This document shows positions 1 to 11,917 of a DNA stretch of 64,000 nucleotides, piece by piece. The DNA is from Epithemia pelagica (taxonomy: Eukaryota; Protista; Bacillariophyta): NCBI GenBank assembly GCA_946965045.2, contig OX337232.1, positions 1,922,001-1,986,000 on the forward strand, given 5' to 3'. Position numbers and translations under genes: made by a program. How positions within the stretch are numbered: position 1 is the first letter of the stretch; the number at the start of each line of letters is the position of its first letter. Under the pieces are notes generated by a model. The model was given only the letters and a program-made list of their open reading frames with translations. It searched no databases and was not told the DNA's origin.

Positions 1-624
1 GGAATCTACATCAATATCCGTGTCTAAGAACCGGGAACGACTTGAAACACCTCCATTGTTGATGAGAATGTCAACCTGCTTGGATTTATCATCGGTAAGC
101 TGCGTGGAAACCTGCTTAACATTGCTGGGATCGCTTAAATCGCAAACAATCAAATCGATCGGAATTGATCCATCCACAGCAGAGCATTCTTTGGCTAGCT
201 TCTCTAGATCTTCTTGTTTTCGCGACGACAAGATGAGTCGATGTACCTTCCATTGAATCAGCTGCAGTGCCAAGGCCTTGCCCAAACCACCAGTGGCGCC
301 AGTCAATAAAACGGTTTTGGCTGCGTATGCTTGCTTGATAGAATCTTCCATCATATTTTCTCTCAGGTTTTTGTCTATTCCGTCAATGGCTTCCTCGTCT
401 GATGTAGAAAGTTGCAAAGGCACGGTAGTAATCGTTGTGGATTGCACACGAGAGGATCGCAAGGGTTCTCTTGATGGGTTCGTTCGCGGGCGTGTTGATT
501 TAGGCCAGTCGACAATCAAAGCCTCAGTGAAGACTGGAGCGATAAGAAGAACTGTCCAGATCAGGAACGAAATACGAATATTGGACCGAGATTGATGAGC
601 TACGCTGGTGCTGGTGGACTCCAT
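1..624 (-). CDS. Short-chain dehydrogenase/reductase (classical SDR), 3'-partial, with possible plastid bipartite presequence
   Basis: Not in the ORF track because it runs off the window. Hand translation from ATG 624 gives MESTSTSV..SFLIWTVLLIAPVFTEAL (signal-like), an S/T/R-rich stretch, then KTVLLTGATGGLGKALA (TGxxxGxG) and VDILINNGGVSSRS (NNAG-like). An upstream in-frame ATG exists at 762. Confidence 0.85.
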   Translation of the reverse strand, partial: MESTSTSVAHQSRSNIRISFLIWTVLLIAPVFTEALIVDWPKSTRPRTNPSREPLRSSRVQSTTITTVPLQLSTSDEEAIDGIDKNLRENMMEDSIKQAYAAKTVLLTGATGGLGKALALQLIQWKVHRLILSSRKQEDLEKLAKECSAVDGSIPIDLIVCDLSDPSNVKQVSTQLTDDKSKQVDILINNGGVSSRSRFLDTDIDVDS

Positions 625-944
625 GGCGAGAAGGGGTGGTAAAAGTGCCGCAGAGCCAAGACAGAGAGAGAAACGCGACCGGGTTGGAGCGAAATTCTCC
701 CGGGCGCGGGTACCGGGCAGGGACAGGGGCAAGACCGGCAGAGGGCGAATTGTGCACGGCATTTTACCTCAACGTGGTGTAGCAACATTGGGTGAGACAA
801 TGCTCCAACAGGGCAACGAAGCTGAACAAACATTGAGTGTCTATTCACCATCACGGAAGTGAGAAGAGCTGTCTACCTACCTACCAGATTGAGAGCATAC
901 CGAGGCTTGCGCTGACCGATTAAAGTTCATCTCGCAATCAGAAG

Positions 945-2279
945 ATGAATGACGACAACAATGCTATCGATTCGGCCTCGCAAGAAGATCCCTTCGATAG
1001 TAGCATTGGATGCAAGCCCTTGGGAATTCCACAGTCTATTTCGAAGCAAGGATGGTTCACAGAGATGGAAACCATGTGGCCTGGACAAAAATTTTCATTG
1101 GCGTTGGAGGGGTTTTCAACTGAAAAGTCTATCTTGTTTCACGAACGATCCAAGTATCAAGATATACTTGTGTTCAAGTCCGCCCAGTATGGCAATGCGT
1201 TGGTGTTGGACGGTGTTTTGCAGCTGACGGAACGCGACGAATTCGCCTTTCACGAAATGATGGTCCATGTGCCTCTGTTTGCCCATCCTCGCCCCGAAAC
1301 AATATGCGTGGTGGGAGGAGGCGATGGAGGTTGTTTACGCGAACTTTTGCGCCATGAAACTGTACGTCGCGTCGTGCTGGTGGAAATCGACCCTCGTGTC
1401 ATCTATGTGACCAAAACATTCTTTGCGACGAGCCGTAGCGGTAGCTTGGCTTCGAGCTTTGATGATCCTAGGGTAGAAATTGTGTTCCAAGATGCTGCTA
1501 CCTACCTGGAACAACAGCCATCCAACATGTTTGACATCATTTTAAGTGATACGTCGGATCCTGTTGGACCTGCTGAATCTCTTTTTCAGCCCGCTTTCTA
1601 TGAGTCGATGCATAGAGTCTTGCGGCCTCAAGGAATTGTGTGCGTTCAAGCACTCTGCCTTTGGATTCAGCTGGATCTCATATCCGATCTTGTCGCTTGT
1701 TGTGCCGATATTTTTGACACGGCCGAATACGCCTCTACCATGGTCCCAACATATCCTTGTGGACAGTTACGTACATTGCGGTTAGATCTTGGACATATCC
1801 TCGCTATATTGGGATAGATGGTAAATGCTAACCCTTGTTTTGTGTTTTTCGGTTGCTGTTTCAAAAACCACAGAATCGGATTCATTTTGGCGTGTAAGGA
1901 ACGCTTTCACTCCTGTCGACGGCCCATTCCTCGACAATCGACATTGAATCAAAGCGAGATCTTGTCCCATTTGAGATGGTACTCATTCTCACAACATACT
2001 GCTGCGTTCACATTACCACGTTTTGTGGAACAACAACTAGAACAAAAGTACGACTTGGATCCAAACATGATGAACGGAGAAGGCGGAATTGATATGAATG
2101 GGGATTATTACAATCCTGACGATCTTTGGGACACCACCGCTATGATGGAAGAGAAGTGCTTCCATTGGTTTCCTTGTTTGCGGTCATGGCTCACTGCACC
2201 AACTTCGGTAGTCAGCAGTCCAGCGCTCAGCTCGCATAGGCGCAACGACCGAACGTATGACAACGATAATCTTGGGTGA
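945..2279 (+). CDS. SPDS: Spermidine synthase (aminopropyltransferase), 2 exons, about 408 aa
   Basis: Motifs GWFTE..WPGQ, LVLDGVLQLTERDEF, VGGGDGG, VEIDPRV, DTSDPVGPAESLF, YPCGQ|IGF. GT-AG intron 1766-1873 joins the two track ORFs in frame. Confidence 0.93.
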
Positions 2280-2906
2280 CACTGACAGCCACAAAAACTA
2301 GTGACGCCTGGCCTTAAGCGATTTCTTCTCTGTTCAAGGTCAACTGCGAACATATAGTCATTGGTAGGGGCCTGGTCTTGATTTGGATGTTTACTCAAGG
2401 AGGAAAGTAATTCAATTGAAGAGGCTTTGTCGTTGTCTGAACAGCTCTCTGTCAAATTTGACATTCGGTTCAATCCACATCCACAATATGTTTGTCGCTT
2501 CTCAGTAGTTTTGTGGCGTCTGCATGCAGTGCCAGTCCAATTGACGTGTTCCAAATGATGTATAGTCAATGCGTTGCCTCGTTCATGAGCTAACCCTGTA
2601 GCAAAGCATTACACAATTGACATGCTAACCGCGATGTGATGAGGAACGTCGCTAAGGAGAGCAAATGACAGCGTGCCAATGATCACGTAGAACACCATAT
2701 TCACAAGTTCAGCTTACTAGTGTTTGCATCAAGTGCAGCAAAGTGACAACGGTACCTTTTTTATGAAGCGACAAGGGAATCGAATCAGTTTGTCCTATCG
2801 AGATCAGCAGACAAAATATGAGCAACATTTTAGGGAAAGCGTTTCTCAGTCGTCGGGACACTGCCTTCAACCCTGCTTTTAAAGCAGTGTCTTTGCGGTG
2901 AATCGA

Positions 2907-4150
2907 TCAGAATGAACTCGAATGCGGTTGTCGGATACGCACTGTCGCCCCAACAGCAATGTGATCAGAGGGATGATACTTGTTTGGCCAGTAAATGAGC
3001 GGTTTTTCCATACACCTGTCTTTGTCAGTTGGTGATGAGGCAGCCGCAGCTGCAGAATAGGACAAGGCATCTACCAAAGAGGCGGGCAAGTAATCTTGAA
3101 CTGCCGCTGGTTCCACATTTTCGGATACAAATATGTAGTCGTAAACCTTATGCGACGGTGCATACGTCCAAGGTGACGAGTGTGGTGATAGCTTTAGCGA
3201 GCCTTTGACATCTCGCAAAGGCAGAAGCGGCAAAGAAGAGGCTGTCATTTCAGAGACTTTGGACGGTAACTGATCCTTGTAATCGCTCCTGTCATCTGGC
3301 CACCGACCTTTCACAAGCAGCTTGTACAATGGATCGGATGGCGAGAAATTAAAGTCGCCCATCATCATAATTTCAGGCTGATCTTCCCATCGAGCACAGG
3401 TAATGCCCTTCTTGTCCGAGTAGTCATCTCGTATTCTGTTCCAGGCCAGTTTCATTCTTTTCAAAAGTGATTGCTTTGTTTAATAATTCCATGTATGAGT
3501 TGATTGCGAATAAAACCCCATATCACCATCACACTGTCAAAGACACCTACCAGCTGGGAGAATCGCGTTTGCGCCGTGTGTTTGAAATCAAGTGAAGATG
3601 CCTGCAAATGCACATTCACAAGGAAAAATGGACGAACTTTCATATTTTCATGCTGAATTCCCAGAATTAGAGCCCGTGAACGAGATTCTTTGAAAATAAC
3701 GTTCCATTCTAAACGTCGCGAGATGAGGACAACGTTAGTAACGGGGTGACTTTCGTCAGTATCTTGAGCGTGTGAGTCATATCCCATTTCAAGGAACCGT
3801 TCTTTCAATCCATCATAGACAGACCATTCTACTTCTTGGAAACATACAACATCCGCTTTGCTCTGCGAAAGAGTATCCATTATTTTCTCCAATCGATAAC
3901 ACCACTCTGTATATGCAGGCCATCTGTGATCACCCGACAAATCTCCAAACAAAAAGGAAGGAGGGGCCTTCAAGTAGCTTTGTGCGAGTATGTTCCAAGT
4001 CAAGACACGGATGGGGTTGGTTTCAATGTCGCTGTGATCTTTTAGCGCTTGGTGCCTCACAATTGAATTGGCAAACGTCGGAGGGGGTCGAACATTGGAT
4101 ACAAGAAATGCCGTGGGACAAAGGATCCGGATTAGTATCAATGCTTTCAT
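2907..4150 (-). CDS. Endonuclease/exonuclease/phosphatase (EEP) protein, CCR4/nocturnin/PDE12-like, predicted plastid-targeted, about 388 aa
   Basis: Motifs VLTWNILAQ, DVVCFQEV, VNVHL, MGDFN, YDYIF, HPSDH. Phase-0 intron 3474-3550 (GTAGGT..AAAG) gives RFSQL|QSLLKRM. The N-terminus MKALILIRILCPTAF resembles a signal peptide plus ASAF-type motif. Confidence 0.85.
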
Positions 4151-4465
4151 GACATGAGGAGGGAAAAGCAATTATAGAGAGTGTATTGTTGAGCCGTGTA
4201 TTTATGTGTATTATGGATCAATCCTCGACATACACGAAAATGACAGAAAGGTATGGTCTTGAGCTTGGGGGGGGGGAGGTTCGTTTGTCATTGATAGATG
4301 ATATGGACATGGGGGCGCAAATGATGGGTGGAGCAAACCACCCCCAAAAATGCTGTTATCACACTCTCTCATGACCCATGGTCACAAAGGCAATCCTTTG
4401 GAGCAACCAACATCGGACTCTTGCTAGTACCTTACTCCTCTATTGAAGTCCTCCACACTCACTGT

Positions 4466-6528
4466 ATGGATTCAAAGGAATCTGGACTTCGTCACCGTTC
4501 AACACCACTTTTCCCGGACGAAAACAACGAAGACAGAAATACGAGGGATCCCCCAAACCCAACATCAACCGCCTCTCCCGCAACCGCATCCGGAACCTCA
4601 TCGACAGCATTTGTCACAAGCAGCTCCAACTCTCATAAGAACGCTTCTTCCATGGTCGTTCGTCAACGTCCTGCCATTGCATACTCTCGTCTCCCTGGTG
4701 GTACAGCAGGAGCCTTTGCGGGTGGCAGAAGTTCCCTCCAAAACTATCGCAACAATATTTTGGTTGTTCTGTGCATCACCATTCTGTACACGGCGTTTCT
4801 CTTTTTCCGCTCCCCTGGTACGTTTTGTATGTACATTTCAGCAAGATATCTGCATCGTCTTCTTGGAGATCGGTTGGCCGAGTATGTCAATCGTCTTGCG
4901 ATCTTGTGAAGTGATGAAGCTTCTCATTGTTGCATTTCTTCCCACTCGAATATTGTTGTGCAGGCGGAGCGCGAGCCTTCCTTTCTACCACTCGTCGACA
5001 AATGCAGGTGTCAACATTCAATGTGGCGGCGATCAATAACAACCCCTTTGAATATTGGTTGACCATGCCAGAAAACCCTGGATATGAAGTTCTCATGGCA
5101 AAGATTGAAGATTTTATTGAGAACCCTGGTGACAAGGATGTCCCCGTCAGTCAGGTTTTTACACCTGAAATGTTCTCTGAGCTTGATCAAAAGTTGACTT
5201 CGGTTGGATGGCCTTCAATGAAATCTTACTGGGACTCGGACTTTTCCCAGCGAAGCATAGTCGCTAGCTTCCTCAAGGATGGTACCCTCGGAAGCAAGCG
5301 TCTTGCTTCCATGCCAGATCGCGTGACAAACGTAATCTCAACGGCCGATGGGAAAACCTTTTTCCGGCCAACGATTATAAGTATGTACGAGAAAGACCTC
5401 AATAACCAAGATATGTGGTGGAAAGCTTGGAAATCCTTCATGTTTGACCAGAAGTTTAAGATCACGACCAAGGAGGGAAAGTTAGAGGAAAAAGCTCCGT
5501 GGGAAATGCTTCAGAAAATAAAAAAGTCAAAGTATCCTGCAGTTTCAGAACAAGAAGAAAGCGATTCTCTTCCCTTGCAGACCTTGTGCAGTGCAATCTT
5601 TGACGGAATCTTGGTTCACATGATGAACACGGTGTCAACGCCAGACGTTTGGCAACCACTGAAACGGATCATTGTTGATAATCTGAACAAAAAGAAGGTA
5701 CCTCATACATTAGAAATACTTGAAACGGAGTACATGGACTCTGACATTATTACGCTTCAAGAAGTGTCAACGTCTTTGATCAATCAGGCTCGAAAAGGAA
5801 AGCTTGGAAAGAACTTTCATATAGTCGCGCCATACAACATTGACACGGTGCGAGACCAAAACTCGGTCATCCTTCTGAGCAAAAAAACTTTTCCCACGGG
5901 AGCCAAGAAAGAAATTACAGACATTGTTCAAACGAAGTTTCCTCAAGGAAAGGATGTCCCTGTAGCCCACGGTGATATCGTGGCAATAGTTGCCAAAGAT
6001 ATTAGCGGTCAGGATTTCGTCATTGCATCCTTTCACGGCGACACAAACGGACTAGCCACAATTCCAGTCCTTGACGCTATCGTGGCTGCTATGGAAAGTA
6101 CGAAAGTGGTACCAAAGAACGCAAAGTTACTCTTTGGGCTTGATGCAAATACATACGAACGAGGAACTCCTGGCAAAACACAGGATGTCATGGAATGGGG
6201 TAGCCACTATGTGTCACATGGCCTGACTTCGTGTTGGGGTGATGTCCCACAAAAATCAAATTACACAACGTACAATGCTCGAACGTATCTTCAGCCTCAG
6301 CTTAATAAAGCTTGCAAACGCGATGACAAACGAGCGAAAGGAGATGTCAACCCCAAGGACTTCATCTTGTTCTCTAAAAAAGACTTTTTTGTTGAACGTA
6401 CGTGGAAGGACAATACTGGACATCGTGTGTATAAGGAAGATATGGCTTTCCCGACATTGCAGTTTCCAAGTGACCATGGTATTCTGACCACTGTCATACA
6501 ACCACATCAAGTGGAGGAAAAGAAGTAG
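4466..6528 (+). CDS. Single-pass (type II) membrane protein with C-terminal EEP/DNase-I-like domain, about 638 aa
   Basis: Intron 4818-4963 (GTACG..GCAG, phase 1) joins ORFs 4328 and 4927. TM segment ILVVLCITILYTAFLFF. EEP motifs STFNV, ITLQEV, SFHGD, GLDAN, KDFIL, FPSDH. Confidence 0.8.
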
Positions 6529-6661
6529 AAGCATATAGCCACCTATCTCCCATCATAGAGCCCACATTAGAGTCTAAAGTGTCAGTTATAGTGTGGTCTC
6601 TGTCACTTTAAAATGACACTTTAGTATTTTATTTTGCCCCAGAATATGTTACAAGTGACCT

Positions 6662-8362
6662 TCAAGACCCAGCAACGGCAACTTCAGTTGGCGATGACTC
6701 TGCAGCTGCCCCCAGAGAGGCTTCTGTACTCGTAGTCTCACTTTTCACCTTTTTGGAAGGCCCTGATTCCCCTTCTTCTTCCGATGGACCTTGACTGGGG
6801 TTTCCGAAAATTGTTCTCTTTAGAGTCGCTGATGTCATTGGCGCTCTGGCGGTAAGCGTAGCACAGTGGCGACTTGCAACTTCTTCTTCTTCCGTGAACC
6901 TTCTTCGGTCAGCTTCCTCCTGCTTCAAATATTCCAAGCGGTCCTCTGGTCGCAAAGATTCCCATGTATCTTTTAACCTTCCGTTCAAGTATGAATTTCG
7001 GAGATATAAATCATCTTCAATTTCCGGAGGTACTCCTTCTTTTGCAAGCTGTTCCTTGGCGAACCAATGGAAATCGGTTGTGATCGGTTTCACTCGTGAG
7101 AGTGACAATTCATACTCCGCCGCTTGACGATCCCGTTGAGCTTGTATCTCTTCCGCAGTTCTGTCGTCTAAACTGTCCGCTGCAACCGCGGTCGAAGAGC
7201 AAGACGATTCTTTTTCCGCAGAAGATTCGTGATGCACCCGCGACGGAGGTGGTCTCGTATGCGGAGGCATGTGACTGGAATGAATCTGGTGCGGAGCGTG
7301 AGGTGACAGGTGATATCCTGGCGGTGGTTGTCCATGGGGAGACGCTCGTTCGTGATGTGGATGAGGACTGCTACCCCCGGTCCCCGAGGGCACGCGTCGA
7401 AGTATCCTGGCATGAGGCAAACCCGTCGGAGATGAGGTGGGAGGATACATACTTGTGTGCTCCGGTGGATAGCCGCTCCCACTACTGCCGGTTCTCTCCG
7501 GTGGTCCGCCATGTCTGTACTGCGGTGGTGGTTGATTATGATGCATATGCCCCGAAGGACTACTGCGAACAACTTCGGCAGGGGATGCACTTCCACTCCG
7601 TTCCATCGACGAGGCCGGAATGTGTTGAGCGTAGCCTGGTTGTGGTACGCCTGTGGAGTAGGTCATGGTATATCCATGAGGCGGTGCTCCAGCAGCACCT
7701 GCTCCTGGGTGACCAGACAGAACATAGCCAGTCGTGGCCATTTGAGGAGGAGGTGGACCACCATGGTGTTGCACGATGTAAGTCGCAGCGCCGTGGTGGT
7801 GAGGAGGAGGGGGAGCCCCATTCGCTACTGCGCCTGCACCAGCACCTCCCCGATGAGGAGGCGGATGATGAAAGCCTCCATGTGACGTTGGATACGGTGC
7901 AGTAGCGGCTGAACCTCCACCAGCACCTCCACTATACATGGGCATGCTTATGTTGCTGTATCCACCAGAAGGAGAATGAACGTAGGCAGTTCCTGCAGGA
8001 GCGTGCGATGTATGTTCCGGATGTGGTGGTTCTCCTTGTGATGAAGGGTATGAGGCTTCTTGACTACTTTGTCCAGGTGATCCACCAAATGAATTGGTCA
8101 ACGGAGACGTTGGATCTGATTCCAAATGTGGATGTGGCGTTCCAGTTTGAGAATGTTCCGGATGGGATGGATAACGATACTGAAGGCCAGGAGTCGATGG
8201 GTGCTGTTGATGCAAATGTGCTGCGTCAACAAAAGCTTGTTGTTGGTCTGCAACAAAGGAACCGCTTCCCAAATAAATTGGCTGTCGTGACGGTGGATTT
8301 GAAGAGGTTGTTGATGGCGCTGATGTGGGAGGATTATGATCAGAGGCAGCACGAGAAGGCAT
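6662..8362 (-). CDS. HMG-box protein with long P/H/G/S-rich disordered N-terminus, 566 aa
   Basis: Long intronless ORF. The C-terminal TTDFHWFAKEQ..LNGRLKDTWESLRPEDRLEYLKQEEADRRRF segment fits an HMG box, followed by basic NLS-like PSKKVK. Confidence 0.75.
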   Translation of the reverse strand: MPSRAASDHNPPTSAPSTTSSNPPSRQPIYLGSGSFVADQQQAFVDAAHLHQQHPSTPGLQYRYPSHPEHSQTGTPHPHLESDPTSPLTNSFGGSPGQSSQEASYPSSQGEPPHPEHTSHAPAGTAYVHSPSGGYSNISMPMYSGGAGGGSAATAPYPTSHGGFHHPPPHRGGAGAGAVANGAPPPPHHHGAATYIVQHHGGPPPPQMATTGYVLSGHPGAGAAGAPPHGYTMTYSTGVPQPGYAQHIPASSMERSGSASPAEVVRSSPSGHMHHNQPPPQYRHGGPPERTGSSGSGYPPEHTSMYPPTSSPTGLPHARILRRVPSGTGGSSPHPHHERASPHGQPPPGYHLSPHAPHQIHSSHMPPHTRPPPSRVHHESSAEKESSCSSTAVAADSLDDRTAEEIQAQRDRQAAEYELSLSRVKPITTDFHWFAKEQLAKEGVPPEIEDDLYLRNSYLNGRLKDTWESLRPEDRLEYLKQEEADRRRFTEEEEVASRHCATLTARAPMTSATLKRTIFGNPSQGPSEEEGESGPSKKVKSETTSTEASLGAAAESSPTEVAVAGS

Positions 8363-10216
8363 GGAGATAACACAGTACCCAATGCTCTACCAGACCTCCG
8401 TGGCCACCAAGACGACGTAGATAGGAATCAACTTCTTTCCTTGGATCTTAACACAGTCTTTTTTGCATGATCGCAAACAGGCTCGTAATGCTGTCGTTAG
8501 AGTTGATCTGTTGAGCAAATGTAGTCGTTGGATGAGAAAGATTGATTGTTGGGTGCTCTGCATCACCTTTTCAACGGACACCCACTGGGAATTTGCCTCA
8601 GATCAAGGCAAAATGGGGTTACACCTCGAAAGAAATGTTGAAAATTCTCGAAATAGCCATTGGTTTGGTTGTTAATTTCCTTATTTTACTTTTATTTTGC
8701 ATGTTTCGGAATAATTGAGACCCCAACATTGCCACGGTAGGTGGAGGTGCACGACAACTTGCAGACCCAACGTATCTTCCAGAGCCAAGTTGAGCGACCT
8801 CCCGGTCATATTTACTGTAGTCCTTCAGAATCTTCATAGTCAGTTGGGGTACATATCAAGTCTATACAAAAACTATTCTAATTATGCCAGCATGACCGTT
8901 CATGTCCGAAGACTGAGAGCAATATCCCCATTCTTGTAGAGAGTAGAGAATCCAGAGCACATCGTTCATCAATCGTAACGAGTAAATCGACTATGGTTGC
9001 AGAAAGCTCACCTACCGGTTGTCGTTGGAGTTGGACGTTACGGCGTTGATATCGGATTCCATGCGATTGCGCCAAAAAGGTTCTTTAGCTCGTAACGATC
9101 TCCTTGCAGCGATCGAGACGCGCCTTAGCCTTTCTTCGTGGGGTTGTGTTGTATCCTTCTACAACAAACATTGTCGAAATTCGGAATTCGGAAAGTCAAA
9201 ACTAGAAGCAGAAGTGAGACAAAGGGAGTTTTGAAGCTGGAGTACAACCATTGTTCCACAGACCGTCGTCGTGGCTGCTATTTCATTATCATTTGTAATT
9301 TTTAGTCAAACACGTCGTGGGAGCTGGATCTTGCAAAATTGCACCTTTGTGCGGGACTCGTATCTTTTGGAGGTACGGTTACCAAGTACCAACTCGGGAT
9401 ATGCAACGAGATGAGAGTCAGGGACTACGTGGAAGTTTCCTTTGTGCCTAGATAGGACAATTCTCTCCTCCCCATAGCTTTGAACAAGGCAGAGTGAAGG
9501 ATGAAGCAGCAAATGAAGCATGGGAGCGTGGAGAGTAGGTTTCGCATTTGTTTCGTTGGCAGAACTAGCCACACCATCCCGACTACAAACCAGAAATTGG
9601 AGAGTGAAAAAGACTCTGTTTGATCCCATTGCCCATGGTATCTTCCCTCATTTTTTCCATGGGTTGAGCTAGTAGGACTAGAGGAGTACCGACCTACTCC
9701 TAAGGAGTAGCTAGAGTACTCCTAGCGTAGAGGTTAGAGGGGTCGGTACTTGTGAAGACATAGACCATACTGGGAGTAGGTAGTCTTCAGCTGACTTGAT
9801 GACATGACACATGACGTAATGGGCAATGTGCACGTTTGAGAAAAAGGGAACCGATAACGGACACGTCGACGTCACGTGTGTGTGTACAAATTGCCAGCGT
9901 CAATTCATGTTAATATAATGGTGAACATCTGAATTGGGAGCATATCACGTACTAGGTTTTAATTTGTACATGCGTGGTCGTCCATCTGTCAACCGCAGAG
10001 GTGGCACATCCTCGACGTCGCTGTATTTCAGTGTACAGCGAGAGTTCTCTTTTCCTTCCGATTGAACGAAATCGCAAATCGCTCGTTCCGGTTGCTTCTC
10101 TCCCTCCATCTCTCTGTTTGAATTGATCTAAGATCAATTCAAACATGCTCACATCAAACCCAGTTCAGATAATCTCTTGACTATTTCGTACTTAGTACGT
10201 CGAGGGCGAGAAGAAA

Positions 10217-11917
10217 ATGCTCCGTTCAAACGTATTTCACCAGAGCTCCGAGGCAAGAAGGGAGGCCTTGGTGACATCTGGAAGAATGCTTTGGTCCATT
10301 GTAAACACTTCCAAAGGCTCGGTGATCACACGCGCTCAAAACCTCCAAGGTACACGTTTGAGTTCAACGTATGGGTCTTCGTGGGGATCCTCTGCCTCCT
10401 CTATAACGGAGGATCTCGACGAAGCAATCAATGGCAATGGTTCCCTGACGCAAGAGAAGTCTATCGTAAAGAGCAGGCATCCACTAGGGGAGAGGGCTAC
10501 TTCCCGGAGACAATCAGACGAAGCTCCGAACGACATCAGACACAACAACTCAATTTACTCTGTAAACCTTACAGATAGTTTTGCTTGGGTCAATCGGGTT
10601 GAGAGATGGTGGTTTAAGCTTCTCGACGAAAAATGGCGACCCATGACGCCACTTGAACGTGCTCGTAGGTTCCCAGAAGCAATGATGGCTTTGGCCATTC
10701 GTGACACTGTCCAATACCAGAACATCGTCGATGCCAAGAACACACGACGCAATGCCTGGACGACGAATGCGCCAAGAAATGCGTTATGGGCCACATCAAA
10801 ACCACTTCACTTGATCTCCGAGCAAGAACGAGCTCAGGTTTTGTCTTTATTACTCGCTGAAAATCGAGAGTTCCATTATGGGGATGATCTAAGCAAAGAT
10901 GACAAGGGACAGAGGATAGCAACTCGGGTCCCTTGGCGACAGCAATACCAACAGCGGCTTCCAGTGGAGGATCTGGGAAGACTGGGCCCACTTATTCTTT
11001 TGTGGATACCTCCCATTGTTGGTTTCATCCCAACGATTCTCTCCATTGCAGCACCGCAGGTATTCACACGGCATTTTCATAACGCATACGAGATAGTTAA
11101 GTACTCGTTGATCGAAGAACAACAACGAAGACAGGAGTTTCCAGCTGTCCTTCAGAAAGGGCTTTCTTCGGCGTCAACTCAATCTCTCCATCGACTGCAA
11201 ACTTTCTTTTCCAAGATACCCTTAAGCAATGATGACAACCAAACGAATCTGTCGATGACAGCTTTTGTCCAAAATCCGGTTGGTCTTTATGAAGCTTTGT
11301 TCGGGTCGTCGTCTGTTTTCCAACAGAGAAATTCAAAAGCTCTCTTTTCGAGTCTGGATGATCTTCCTGCTCCACACATTCGCCATCTTGCGCTTGCCAC
11401 TGGTGTCTATCAATCTCTACGAATTCCTTACTTGAACCAGTTTATGGCATCAATGACTCCGACTGCATTGTTGCGCTCTCAGCTTCGGAAAATCTTGTTT
11501 ACCATGGTCGAGGAAGATGCTCAACTTATAGTTGAGGGTCATGAACGAGCTCAGTGTACGTCTCTCACTGACCAAGAGGTCTTAGATGCTTGCTTAATGA
11601 GAAACTTGCCAATTGTCTTGGATGACGAAATAGAACGAGGACCAGAGGTCGTACAATATCACTCCATGAGATTGAACTTGACGGATCATTTGCAATGTAT
11701 GGCATCTGTCTACAAACATGTGTTGGACACTATGAGACGACAACAAGGACTTGCTGGGGAACTGGACCAACTGGAGGTTCATAGTTTGTCCGAATCGACC
11801 AAAGAACGTTTGGGTATGTTTGCGATTCATACGGCTATTCTCCGACAGGAATTCCACGACAGAGGAAATCAAGCACTAAGTGGTAATACGGATGCCTTCG
11901 CCCGATTGCAACAATAG
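10217..11917 (+). CDS. LETM1-like domain protein, probably mitochondrial, 566 aa
   Basis: Pro-rich TM segment LILLWIPPIVGFIPTIL, and EEDAQLIVEG..LTDQEVLDACLMRNL resembling the LETM1 ribosome-binding-domain pattern DD..I..EG...L...EL..AC..RG. R/S-rich N-terminus. Confidence 0.7.
   Translation: MLRSNVFHQSSEARREALVTSGRMLWSIVNTSKGSVITRAQNLQGTRLSSTYGSSWGSSASSITEDLDEAINGNGSLTQEKSIVKSRHPLGERATSRRQSDEAPNDIRHNNSIYSVNLTDSFAWVNRVERWWFKLLDEKWRPMTPLERARRFPEAMMALAIRDTVQYQNIVDAKNTRRNAWTTNAPRNALWATSKPLHLISEQERAQVLSLLLAENREFHYGDDLSKDDKGQRIATRVPWRQQYQQRLPVEDLGRLGPLILLWIPPIVGFIPTILSIAAPQVFTRHFHNAYEIVKYSLIEEQQRRQEFPAVLQKGLSSASTQSLHRLQTFFSKIPLSNDDNQTNLSMTAFVQNPVGLYEALFGSSSVFQQRNSKALFSSLDDLPAPHIRHLALATGVYQSLRIPYLNQFMASMTPTALLRSQLRKILFTMVEEDAQLIVEGHERAQCTSLTDQEVLDACLMRNLPIVLDDEIERGPEVVQYHSMRLNLTDHLQCMASVYKHVLDTMRRQQGLAGELDQLEVHSLSESTKERLGMFAIHTAILRQEFHDRGNQALSGNTDAFARLQQ

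Noticed and set aside
8387-10200. Short ORFs in the 1.85-kb HMG/LETM1 intergenic region
   Set aside because: All are under 135 aa or overlap real genes, with no motifs; no tRNA or rRNA pattern was seen here or elsewhere in the window.
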